Source: Octopus sinensis (lineage: Eukaryota). From it: a DNA stretch of 29,483 nucleotides. This document shows positions 1 through 10,630 of the stretch, in pieces (positions within the stretch are counted from its first letter, which is position 1; the number at the start of each line of letters is the position of its first letter). The notes beneath the pieces were generated by a model that was not told where the DNA came from, made no database searches, and saw nothing but the letters and a program-made list of their open reading frames with translations. The position numbers and the translations under genes are program-made. The stretch lies in NCBI RefSeq assembly GCF_006345805.1, contig NW_021827571.1, positions 1 through 29,483 on the forward strand, read 5' to 3'.

Positions 1-217
1 TATATTATATATATATATAGGGTGTTGTGTGTGTGTATGTATATATATATGCGTGTATTTCTGTGTGTGTCAGTGTAGTGTGTATGTATTTTATGGCCGT
101 CGTAGACATATGGATGGTATAATAACTTCAGATTATCTACTTATATATATATGTATATATGAACGAAGTTATCTCCACCTTTGTGTGTCGCTATCTCATA
201 GGCTCTATGGGCGTCAT

Positions 218-264
<47 letters not shown>

Positions 265-845
265 ATATATATATATACACACATACAACTCATATGTATG
301 AGTAGTATGTATGAATGTGTGTCTATAAGTAGGTCTACAAGTGTGTGTATTAATGTATAAATATATATAGATGCCTGTGCGTGCCTAAATTATATCTACA
401 TATAAATGTCTCTATATAATGACACATATAAAATATGTATGAATAAATAATATACTTGTGCATTCATGTATATCAGCTGTCTGCGAGCACGCGCACACTT
501 CCATAACACACACCCACACACAACAATATATATATAATATATAGATATATATATAATATACACGCACATATATACATATATAGTTTTTCATTTATATATA
601 TATATATATTATACATATCATATATATATTTTTATTATATATTATATATATATATCTTTATATATATTATATATAAATAGTATATATCTATGTATATATA
701 TTTCTTTTATTATATATATATTTTTTTACATGGTGTATATGAAGGAAGAAAGGTTGATATTCAAATAATCTTACGTATGTGATCAAAAATTCTACACAGG
801 AGTACATGTGTATAGGAATAAAAATTTCTTCCTAGTTTACAGGCA

Positions 846-961
846 ATAATAATAAATAATAATAATAATAATAAATAATAATAATAATAATAATAAGAAT
901 AATAATGATGATGATGATATTATGATGATGATGATGATGAGATGATGATGATATAATAATA

Positions 962-1007
<46 letters not shown>

Positions 1008-1018
1008 GTAATAATAAT
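846..1018. repeat. Compound (AAT)n/(GAT)n microsatellite
   Basis: Directly visible trinucleotide arrays. Confidence 0.95.
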
Positions 1019-1411
1019 GTAGAAAGGATTAGTCAGAAGTGACGAAGCTAACGTCCCTTGGTATATTTACAAACAGGAATAAGATGTCTTTGAAATTTCC
1101 AACAACGAAATTAAATGAAACACTGCTCATAACGTTATTATGACCTTCTCTACCCTTTCAAATCGCTCTCTCTCTCTCTCTCTCTTTTGTATATATATAT
1201 AAATATTATATATATATATATATATATATATCTATTATATATATATATATGTATAAAATAATATATATATATAGATTATATGTGTTGTGTGTGTGTGGTG
1301 TGTTGTTGTGCTGTGTGTGTGTGTGTGGTGCGGTGTTTGTGTTGCTGTGTGTGTGTTGATGGTATGTATAGATATATATATAATATGTATGTATATATAT
1401 ATATATATTAC

Positions 1412-1892
1412 ACGAGAGGGTACCCAAAAACAAACCGGAATTTTGCAATATTAATTTATTCCCTTTCATCGCCCTCAAAATAGTCTCCATTTGAAGCAAT
1501 GAAACTGTCCAGACAGTTTCCACTGTTCCAAGAAATGCTGAAACTCTTGCGATGTGATATCTCCGTGTTTTTCTTTTGTTTTTTCACCTGTTCCGCATCT
1601 GCAAATTTCGTAGCACCAGTTTTCATCACCAGTGACCAACTGCTGTTTGAAGCAAGACACCTGTAGCGGCTGCTCTTTCCCCCAGCAGAAAATAGAATTT
1701 CACGGAAACACGCTTTTCCTTCGTTTCAATCATTTCAGAAATCGACGAACAGGGGTGAAGCACTGTAAAACAAAGCCCCACCACAGCTGTGGACAACGCT
1801 TGTTGGCAGACTGATGCCTGAGGATTGCATCAAGTGACTTCTTGCGGCAAAACTAGAACTACAACGGTTATGTTAGTGTTGGGTACCCCACG
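1412..1892 (-). mobile_element. Internally deleted non-autonomous mariner (Tc1/mariner) element
   Basis: Imperfect TIRs (acgagagggtacccaaaa at 1412 / ttgggtaccccacg at ~1879-1892) in TA context. The minus strand encodes three fused transposase pieces: N-terminus MIETKEKRVSVKFYFLLG (ATG 1733), LVTGDENWCYE, and C-terminus FIASNGDYFEGDERE* (stop 1456-1458). Confidence 0.9.
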
Positions 1893-1902
1893 TATATATA
1901 TA

Positions 1903-2060
1903 GTTCGAATTACAGAAAGCAAAAGAGGAAGACAGATGAAGGAACAACAAGTAGGTGTATTAGTTTGACACTCGCGAATGATGGAAAAGCCTTTGACGTT
2001 TCGATCCTACGCTCTTCGAAAGAAAGGAATGAGAAGGAAAAGAACTGGAGAGAGATCGAA
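1903..2060 (-). mobile_element. Short PLE-like terminal repeat, family P (copy 1), with hammerhead-like motif at 1991-2026
   Basis: Reverse complement aligns by eye with 16820-16995 and 20960-21146 (gaagagcgtagg-tcgaaacgt-aaag ... ctaatacacct ... gaactatata). The PLE assignment is inferred from the hammerhead-like motif. Confidence 0.7.
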
Positions 2061-2252
2061 AAAAAGATTTAGCTGTTATTTTTTGCAGATGGTGTACACA
2101 TATCCCGTTAACGTCGATGGCGTCTTACGTTGAGATTTTATGTAGAACCTCTGTTATTGACTCTTGAGGTCGTTGCTTTAAAGCAAGGAAGAGTGATCAA
2201 AAATGACGATAAGGTTGCTTCTATGAACATATTGGAATATATTGGTTATTGT

Positions 2253-2440
2253 AAGGAGGCGAGCTGGTAGATTCGTTAGCACGCTGGACAAAATACTTGG
2301 CGTCATTTCGTTTGCCTTTGAACGTTATGAGTTCAAATTCCGCTGAGGTTGGTTTTGCCTTTTATCATTTCGGGGTCGATAAAATAAGTACCAGTTGAAC
2401 ACAGGGGTCGATGTAATTGACTTACCACCCTCCACCGATA
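2253..2440 (+). mobile_element. tRNA-derived SINE, family A
   Basis: ggcgagctgg..gttagc head, gagttcaaattcc B-box, ggggtcgat-aa-taagtaccag body; homologous to 8131-8361. Confidence 0.85.
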
Positions 2441-2619
2441 GACTGAGTTACTATACAGACTAACCATAAATTATCTATCTGGCGTTTGTGGCCGATATTC
2501 TAAAGAATTTCTGATAAAAGATTAGGTTACTTTGTGATCAAACAATCTGTCATATACGGTAGACGAACTTGTTGGCAGTCAATGCTTGATATGTTGGAAA
2601 AAGCAGACAAATTTCTCGT

Positions 2620-2692
2620 GGGATGTAAATACTTACACCGGTTGTCAAACGGTGGTGAGACACACAGAAGCACAAACACGCATACACACACA
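2620..2692 (-). mobile_element. SINE family B, internal fragment
   Basis: gggatgtaaa..acaccggttgtcaa..ggtggtgagacacacag matches the body of the copies at 2984-3370 and 24985-25642. Confidence 0.6.
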
Positions 2693-2983
2693 CATACACA
2701 CACGCACGCACGCACACTTACACAGATATACGCACACACACATATATATATGCATATGTATATGTATATTGCCTATCTACTATCTCTCTATCTATCTATA
2801 TCTATTATCTCTGATCTATCTATCTATCTGTCTGTCTGTCTCTCTATCTATAATCTATCTATGATCTATCTATCTATCTACTCCACTCAGCTATTTATCA
2901 TCTATGTGTGTGTGTGTGTGGGTGTGTGTGTGTGTGTGTGTTGTGTGTGTGTTGCATATCTGTTTGCGTGTATCTTTTATCTT

Positions 2984-3370
2984 TATCTTGTTTCAGACAT
3001 TTGACTGCGGCTATCCTGCGGCACCAACCTGAAGGGTTTTAGTTGAACAAATCGACCATGGGACTTATTTTTTGAAGCCTAGTATTTTTTCTATCGGTGT
3101 ATTTTGTCGAATCGCCAAGTTACGGGGATTGAACACAGCAACACCGGTAGTCAACCGGTGGTGGAGAACACACATAGACACAGACACACACACATATTTA
3201 TATACATATATACAAACATACATACATACATACGACTGGCTTCTCTCAGTTTCCGTTTATCAAAACCATTCTCAAGGCTTTAGTAGGCCCGAGGCTAAGG
3301 TGCCGTGCAGTTTGCTGGAACCCGGAAGCACGTAGTTGAGAAATAGGCTTCTTACCACACAGCCATACCT
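2984..3370 (-). mobile_element. tRNA-derived SINE, family B (near full length)
   Basis: Head (cttaccacacagcc, gaacccggaa), internal microsatellite and tail (cttgtttcag-catttgactgcggc) match 8455-8720 and 24985-25642. Confidence 0.9.
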
Positions 3371-3409
3371 TCAAATAGCTTATAAACACCTTCCACGCTG
3401 CAATTGTTA
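3371..3409 (+). repeat. 3' end fragment of family F, tail-to-tail with the copy at 3422-3719
   Basis: aaatagcttataaacaccttccacgctgcaattgtta matches 6113-6142. It forms a perfect 16-bp inverted repeat 3394-3409 / 3422-3437. Confidence 0.8.
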
Positions 3410-3435
3410 TATATATATATGTAACAATTGCAGCG

Positions 3436-3553
3436 TGTATTCATAAAGCATTATGTGCCTCAAATGCTCTTTGGATACTGTTAGAAAGGGTTTGGATACT
3501 ATGTTAGAAAGGGTTTTAATCAAAGAAATTTTAATTCTATTATTCTGTAAAAT
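3436..3553 (-). repeat. 118-bp inverted copy of mariner sequence 4615-4732
   Basis: Reverse complement reads identical by eye to 4615-4732, including the accctttctaaca(ta)gtatccaa duplication. Confidence 0.9.
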
Positions 3554-3719
3554 TGTTTATAAGCCATTTAAGAAACAAACAATTACCTTTAGATTCACTT
3601 CGACATTTAAATTTAAATTGCCAAAATAATTTCGTCGCTTTGAGACCGCGACCTGTTCACTGAGAAAATTCCGTGCTGCATCTGAGAAAGTAACAGTTGT
3701 AAGCGAAAATAGCGCCATA
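3554..3719 (-). mobile_element. PLE-like terminal repeat, family F (copy 1), hammerhead-like motif at 3618-3666
   Basis: Homologous to 5986-6142 (tcagtgaacaggtcgcggtctcaaagcgacgaaa identical in both). Class inferred from the hammerhead-like motif. Confidence 0.7.
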
Positions 3720-4107
3720 TCTTTATATATAAAAGTAAGGTTGTGTGCTGTCTGTCTCCTACGATTTAGATTCCTAACTACTCCCACATTTTGCGGTGCA
3801 GTTTAACCAAAACCGGGTATCTTATAGTCGTGATTCATATCGAGCCCTTCTGGGTATTAGCGCGCGTCTACGATGAGACTACGATTTTTAAAAAAATTTA
3901 CCATCAATTTTTCCCATTTTTAATGCATTTTTGGCATATATAAGGGAAGTAACTCTCTAAAAATGTATTATTAAATCTCAGAACGTAAAAAGCTATAGTA
4001 ACACCTTCCCCCTTTGTGGTTAGCCATATTGAGATGGTTATTATACTTTACATCTCTAAAAATGCCAATATAGTTATTTCCCTTACAAACCCGAGCGATA
4101 CTGCTAG
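3720..4107 (+). mobile_element. Non-autonomous Helitron
   Basis: 5' TC (TCTTTATATATAAAAG), 3' ...cccgagcgatactgCTAG, inserted between A3719 and T4108 without a TSD. No clear subterminal hairpin is visible. Confidence 0.65.
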
Positions 4108-4481
4108 TATATATATACATATATATGTATAGATGGATAAGCGGCGTATATGTGTGTATACTTTAAGGTTATACGTATATTTGTAAGTGTGTATAAATGT
4201 CTATATGATTATGTGTGCTTGTATATATGTATAAGTAAGATTATAGATGCATATGTGTATCTCAATCGTTGTATCTATTCACAGTTAGACATTGGTGAGA
4301 GGGACAAACGCAGACACACACATATATATGTTTATGTATACAATGTTCAACAAAATAACAGTCATATATACAACTTGAACAGACACATATCAGTACATAA
4401 ACACACGTGCACATGTACATGCACATGTATACACACAAAGACACGTCTACATACCTAAATATTCACGTACATACATAAGTA

Positions 4482-5768
4482 TCAAGTCATCCCATAAGTT
4501 CTGACCGATTTTACCATTGTTAAAATTGAATGAAATTTGATAGTATTTTAGGATGTCTAATGGAATTAAAAATTATTTTTATGCATTTTTGTACATTTAA
4601 ACTACTTAAATATTATTTTACAGAATAATAGAATTAAAATTTCTTTGATTAAAACCCTTTCTAACATAGTATCCAAACCCTTTCTAACAGTATCCAAAGA
4701 GCATTTGAGGCACATAATGCTTTATGAATACAAAAAAGGAAACTCTTCACCCGAAGCGACTCGAAACATACACTCAGTTTACGGGAAATAATGCTTGAAT
4801 GAAAGAACTTGCAGAAGATGGTTTGCAAAATTCAGAAGTGGAGATTTTAGCCTTGCTGATGAAGATCGAACAGTAGGTCCACTTGAGTTTGATGATAAGC
4901 TCCTTGAGGCATTGCTTGAAGAAAACCCTGCATTATCAGTTGAAGAATTGGCAATAAAGCTTAGTTCAAACCATACGACTGTTCATCGTCATCTTCCACA
5001 ACTTGGAAAGGTTCCTAAACTTGGAAAATGGGTACCTCGTGAATTATCCGAAAACAACTGCAAATCCCAAGTTGACATCTGTTCTTCTCTCCATTCTCGC
5101 GAACTCATTTCACCCTTTTTGGATAGACTTTTGACTGGTGACGAAAAATGGATCTTCCATCGAAATGTTAAACGTCGTAAACAGTGGCTTGGAAAAAGGG
5201 GAAAACCTCAACCACAACCGAGAAGGTTCTTCCCTCTATCTGGTGGGATTGGAAAGGAGTAATTCACTTTGAATTGTTATCACCTAATGCAACAATCAAT
5301 ACTCAAGTCTGCTGTCAGCAATTAGAGCGTTTGAACCAAGCTTTGAAGGAAAAAAGACCCGCTTTATTGAATCGAAAACAGGTGATGTTTCATCAGGACA
5401 ATGCGTGACACCACACTGCAAAGATCACATCAGAGCAGATCGAAGAGCTTGTTTGGGAAAAAATTCCTCATCCACCTTATTCTCCCGAACTTGCTCCTTC
5501 AGACTACCACTTGTTTCGTAGTTTACAGAATCATTTGGGGGAGATAACTTTCGCAAGCTAGGAGGAGGTCGAAACTGACATTTCAGAGTTCTTCGCTTTG
5601 AAACCAAAAGAGTTTTACATTGATGGTATCAAAAAGCTTGTAAATAGCTGGAAGGAAGTCATGGATAATCGCGGAAAGTACATTCATGAATAAATTTCAA
5701 TTAAATATAACATTTGATCACTTGTTTTCTTCACTCAAAATTCGGACAGAACGTATTTGATGACCTGA
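4482..5768 (+). mobile_element. Full-length but decayed mariner element (DD34D)
   Basis: ~30-bp TIRs (tcaagtcatcccataagttctgaccgattt / aattcggacagaacgtatttgatgacctga) flanked by TA at 4480-4481 and 5769-5770; length ~1.29 kb. Confidence 0.95.
4690..5693 (+). pseudogene. Mariner transposase pseudogene
   Basis: Motifs KEHLRHIMLYEY, RRWFAKFRSGDFSL, WVPREL, TGDEKW, HQDNA, YSPELAPSDYHLF; 34 residues between the second and third D. Several in-frame stops and a frameshift/deletion near 5220. Confidence 0.95.
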
Positions 5769-5769
5769 T

Positions 5770-5965
5770 ACATACATACATACATACATACATACATACA
5801 TACATACATACATACATGCGTAGAGGCATGCACACATGCATACGCATGTACACATATGCATACGCACATACATGTACACACACATATATACATGTATACA
5901 TGCGTACATACATACATACATACATACATACATACATACATACATACATACATACATACATACAC
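5770..5965. repeat. (CATA)n arrays flanking a degenerate CA/TG-rich core
   Basis: Directly visible. Confidence 0.9.
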
Positions 5966-5985
5966 TCGTACATATATCATGAACT

Positions 5986-6142
5986 AACTGTTAGTTTCTC
6001 AGATGCAGCAGGGAATTTTCTCAGTGAACAGGTCGCGGTCTCAAAGCGACGAAAATATTTTGGCAAATAAAATTTAAATGTTGACGTGAATCTAACGGTT
6101 TTTCTGTGTTTTAAATGGCTTACAAACACCTTCCACGCTGCA
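5986..6142 (+). mobile_element. PLE-like terminal repeat, family F (copy 2), hammerhead-like motif at 6018-6066
   Basis: Homologous to the reverse complement of 3554-3697 and to 3371-3409. Confidence 0.7.
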
Positions 6143-6209
6143 TATATTTTTGTTCTAGCACCGATCTCAGACCAGGTTACTTGCTATGCCGTACATCTCC
6201 GTATACATA

Positions 6210-6228
6210 CATACATACCTATATATAT

Positions 6229-6297
<69 letters not shown>

Positions 6298-6323
6298 TAT
6301 ATATATATAACTGTATATATATA

Positions 6324-6367
<44 letters not shown>

Positions 6368-6375
6368 ATATATGT

Positions 6376-6406
<31 letters not shown>

Positions 6407-6410
6407 TATG
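6210..6410. repeat. (TA)n microsatellite
   Basis: Directly visible. Confidence 0.95.
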
Positions 6411-6691
6411 AATCGTAGGAGAGAAGAATGTATCTTGAAGCCGAAACTCGGCTAAAGAAACATAAGCTGTCAAATAACATGGGAAACCGGACTGCCGTTT
6501 TAGGCTATCATCCAGCATGGCCATGACAAGATTTGAACTCGATCTGAAGAGCTGGAGCAAATACAGCAGGGCATCATGTCCGGCGTTCCACTAAATCCAA
6601 CATAAAGATTAAAATTCTTTCTCTCGAGCCCGAATTGATGATAAATGGGCATATATACATATATATATATATATTATATAGATATATATAT

Positions 6692-6732
<41 letters not shown>

Positions 6733-7285
6733 AAAGGACTAGCTGACCTTGCGTGATCTGAAATCAGAGAATAGGGAGCCGGAACAATTAGCACGAAGTA
6801 TCTTATCCGATGCGCTGCCGATTTGTTGTCTACTAATAATTTTCGTAACCCTTTGAAAGCGGGTATATCAGCTCAAAATGTTATTATGTGGAAAGCTGTT
6901 TTACTCCATAGATTTGAAAGAAACAAAGAACTTTCCTTATGCTGCTAAAAGCAAGATGCCCTCAGTGACACTTTTTACATCAGTCAATTGTTCAGATTTC
7001 CTGACATTTTTTGTATATTTTATCAGATGACTATTTACAGAACAAGAGATACAGAGAAAGTATTGCTGAAGCAGAAAATATAAATTCTATGATTTGGTGG
7101 ATAATAAACATCATTATGAGAATGACCATGAAACTTAATTATGCAGTAAAAGGTTTAAAGAAATTTTACTGTTTATTGTATTTATTTTTTTAATTGTTTG
7201 ATCTAAAGGAAAGGACTGTGTTTATGATCATTACAGGTCCACTAAGGAACCTAAGCTTTATGCAGTTAACATTTCTCTAATCATT

Positions 7286-7500
7286 AAGGCGGTGAGGTGA
7301 TAGATACTCTTAGCACAACGGGCAAAATGCTTTGTTGCTTTTCTTCTGTCTTTAAGTCTTTAAGTGCTGAGTTCAAATTTTACCACGGTTGACTTTCGGG
7401 GTCAATGAATTAAGAACCAGTTGGATACTCGAGCTGATATCGTCAACTTACACACTTCCCCCAAACTGGCTGGCTTTCTACCAAAATTTGACACCGATAT
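7286..7500 (+). mobile_element. Degraded SINE family A
   Basis: aaggcggtgag..ttagcac..ggcaaaatgc, tgagttcaaattt, ggggtcaat-aa-taagaaccag. Confidence 0.7.
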
Positions 7501-7809
7501 TTCTCTCTCCCAAAAGAAGCACAGCAACTCGATGGCTCCAGGATAAAACAAAATAAACGGGGAATTATATGCTGTGAATTGAAACATTTAGTAGGAAATA
7601 AGGGGCTGTTAATCAACGGATAGGGTCGAAATAATATTAGTAATGAGAGAGGGAGAAAAGTGTGTTTTGGAAATGCTTGGATAAAAGCGATGACGGCGAG
7701 GCCGGCTAAATGTGAAATGGAGAAGCCACGGTTGTAGCGCTAAATAAATTCCTGGGCCAAGCGTTTGAATGTGTTAGTGAGTAACCTTATACCAGCATAT
7801 CGAGTGCTC

Positions 7810-7885
7810 TTTGTTTTTGTTTGGCCCCAGGTCAGTCTTGATCAAGTAGCTTATATTAAAGTCCGTTAAGCTATGCCTTTCTGTC
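7810..7885 (+). repeat. Short (~80 bp) dispersed repeat, family G (ttgtt-tagcccc-ggtcag...)
   Basis: Similar segments at 9082-9170, 8838-8926 (minus), 9378-9414 (tail only), ~24900-24975 and ~25715-25795. Alignments are loose. Confidence 0.45.
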
Positions 7886-8130
7886 TTTTGTATATACATA
7901 TAATTACACACGCTCTCTCACACGCAAACACACACGCACGCACGCACACACATACACAGAGGTAGTCTTGGTTGCTCTTGAGTGGCATCGGTTGGGCTGT
8001 TGGTGATTACACCAGCAATACCACCAAGAATGTTTGGGAAATTTTGCGACATCTTGCGAGAGTCAACGGCCACCCCAAAACATTACATTATACAAAAATA
8101 TAGATATAAATATGTGTATGTGTGTATATA

Positions 8131-8361
8131 TATTTCTTTACTACCCACAAGGGGCTAAACATAGAGGGGACAAACAGGGACAGACAAAGGGATTAAGTCG
8201 ATTACATCGACCCAGTGCGAAACTGGTACTTTATTTATCGACCCAAGAGGATGAAAGGCAAAGTCGACCTTTGGCGGAATTTGAACTCAGAACGTAACGA
8301 CAGACAAATATCGCTAAGCATTTCGCCCGGCGCGCTAACGTTTCTGCCAGCTCGCCGCCTT
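8131..8361 (-). mobile_element. tRNA-derived SINE, family A (well preserved)
   Basis: Minus strand aaggcggcgagctggcagaaacgttagcgcgccgggcgaaatgcttagc...gagttcaaattccgcc..., ending gtgggtagtaaagaaata. Confidence 0.9.
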
Positions 8362-8454
8362 TAGATATTAAGCTGATAAGAACAGATACTACACTTTGAT
8401 CTTAGTATATATGTGTATATAACTATGCGTGTGTGTGTGTGTATATTTGTATAT

Positions 8455-8720
8455 AGGCGCAGGTGTGGCTGTGTGGTAAGAAGCTTGCTTCTAAACCACA
8501 TGGTTCCAGGTTCAGTCCCACTGTGTGGCACCTACATTGTACAAGTGTATTTTACTATTGCCTCGGGTCGACCAAAGCCTTGTGAGTGGATTTGGTAGAC
8601 GGAAACTGAAAGAAGCCCGTTAAATATGTATATATGTGTATATAACTATGCGTGTGTGTGTGTGTGTATCTTTGTTTGTCCCCCATCACCGCTTGACAAC
8701 CAGTGTTGGTGTGTGTATAC
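8455..8720 (+). mobile_element. tRNA-derived SINE, family B (5' two-thirds)
   Basis: aggcgcaggtgtggctgtgtggtaag A-box region, ggttcagtccc B-box-like, gagtggatttggtagacggaaactgaaagaagcc. Confidence 0.9.
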
Positions 8721-8837
8721 GAAAAAACATAAAGTCACGTTTTTAAGGCTATGGACGAAGACAGTTTTCTAGAGTATCACGTAGTTGTATTGAGCCTGCG
8801 ACAACGTGGTTGCAAGTTGAACTCCTAAATCGCACAA

Positions 8838-9170
8838 TAGAAGCAGTGTTTACCGTAATGGAAACGATTTTGATCACAATTCTGTTTAAATCCGGCTGGC
8901 CCAGGGCTAAACAACGATAAAAAAAAGTGTATATTTTAAAAGGTGTTCTGTATATTTAGGTGTGTGTTGACACATACAATGAACAACGTCTTACAACTAG
9001 AAAGAGAAAAAAAAAGGATCAAATGAGATTTTATAAAATACCTTTAAAATATTTTCAAGAGGACTACTCTTCAAATCTCTTTTTTTTTTGTCGTTGTTTA
9101 GCCCTGGGTCAGCCGGCTTTAAACAGAATTGTGATCAAAATCGTTTCCATTACGGTAAACACTGCTTCTA
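8838..9170. repeat. 89-bp near-perfect inverted repeat (arms 8838-8926 and 9082-9170)
   Basis: Arms are reverse complements with 3 mismatches by my reading; ~155-bp spacer. Confidence 0.9.
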
Positions 9171-9509
9171 TATATTGTTACCGTCAATCACTCTGGTCTA
9201 CATTGTTTAATGTGTCCATCATTTTAAAAACTTTAATTTAAAGGTGATTCGGTTCCTATTTCTAGAATATCATTCTCCGTTATTTGCTCACTCACATTTT
9301 TAAAGAAAAGTGTAGTTGTTACTGTACTGTTACTATCATTATTGCTGTCGTTCTCTAGCTCCATCGAGAAAACTTCAATGAAAGCCTTTCCAGATGTGAC
9401 CATCCCGTCTTTTTGTCTTTTTACTGTAAACTCACGCACTCACTTTCCGGCATGTCTCTATTTTAAAGACGGTAGGATGCGGTTTAGAGGGGAAGATTCG
9501 TTTTCCTTT

Positions 9510-9574
9510 CTAATAAGGGGAGTAAGCACGTTGAGGTACACATTTTGGTTTTTCTCTCGTAAAACCAGAACATT
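9510..9574 (-). CDS. Putative terminal coding exon of unidentified host gene: (E)CSGFTREKPKCVPQRAYSPY*
   Basis: Acceptor ttgttgctgttgtcag| at 9575-9576. A phase-1 start is compatible with exon 18826-18869 (G|AA=Glu) and the frame is open to TAG. Caveat: the sequence around and after the stop faintly resembles a local repeat. Confidence 0.4.
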
Positions 9575-9829
9575 CTGACAACAGCAACAACAATAAATAA
9601 TAATAAATAAAAAAGCAAAATGTGAAAAATATTGGTATCAGAAAAAAATGTCTCACAGAAAACAGAGTTAAAAAATATTTGAATATAAAGAACATAAAAT
9701 ACTGATAATATAAATAAATGAATTGCGAGGAACATCACTGAGTGATTGGCTTAATTTTCTTTATTATTTTCATACAAGTTCGGCCCTTTAATGAATATTT
9801 ATAACACGATACAAATATTAATATGTATA

Positions 9830-10145
9830 CACACACATACACACATACACACATACATACATACATGCATACATATATATATATATATATACATGCATAT
9901 ATATACATACATATATATAAGAGAGATAGAGGCTTTATACGTATATGAGATATGTGTATATGTCTATGTAATATATATATATATTATATATATATATAAT
10001 ATATATATATATTATATATATATGTATATATATATATATATATATATGTATATGTATGTGTATATGCATATATACATATATCTATATATACATATATGTG
10101 TATATCTATATATATGTATATATATATATTATATATATATATATT

Positions 10146-10190
<45 letters not shown>

Positions 10191-10389
10191 CAAAAAGCAT
10201 GAATATATATTTCTTTTTCTAATCCATGTTCATGAGAAGCCGTTTCTGCACACGAAATCTTATTCATTCTACACAGGCGCTAGTGTGAGTGAATGTGTGT
10301 TTGCGGGCGTAAGTGTATATGTAGAAGACGCAAGGTGTATCTATAAACACCTCTGAATAAATACAGACGCACATATTCTCAGCCTATAT

Positions 10390-10462
<73 letters not shown>

Positions 10463-10630
10463 ATTATATATATAATATATGTATATATATTATATATATA
10501 TATATATAATATATATATATATGTATATGTATATATATGTATATATATATATATATGTATATATATGTTATATATATATATATACAAACACACACATACA
10601 CACACACACATATATACATACATATACACA
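9830..10630. repeat. Large (TA)n/(CA)n/(CATA)n microsatellite complex (interrupted ~10230-10385)
   Basis: Directly visible. Confidence 0.95.

Noticed and set aside
7027-7110. Plus-strand acceptor followed by DDYLQNKRYRESIAEAENINS
   Set aside because: Good acceptor but no convincing donor and no partner exons on the plus strand.
9233-9439. ORF with RRM-like words (GKAFIEVF, LFFKNVSEQITENDI)
   Set aside because: The RNP1-like and RNP2-like words are in the wrong order. The GKAFIE part is the reverse complement of a family G repeat tail (9378-9414), and the middle is low complexity.
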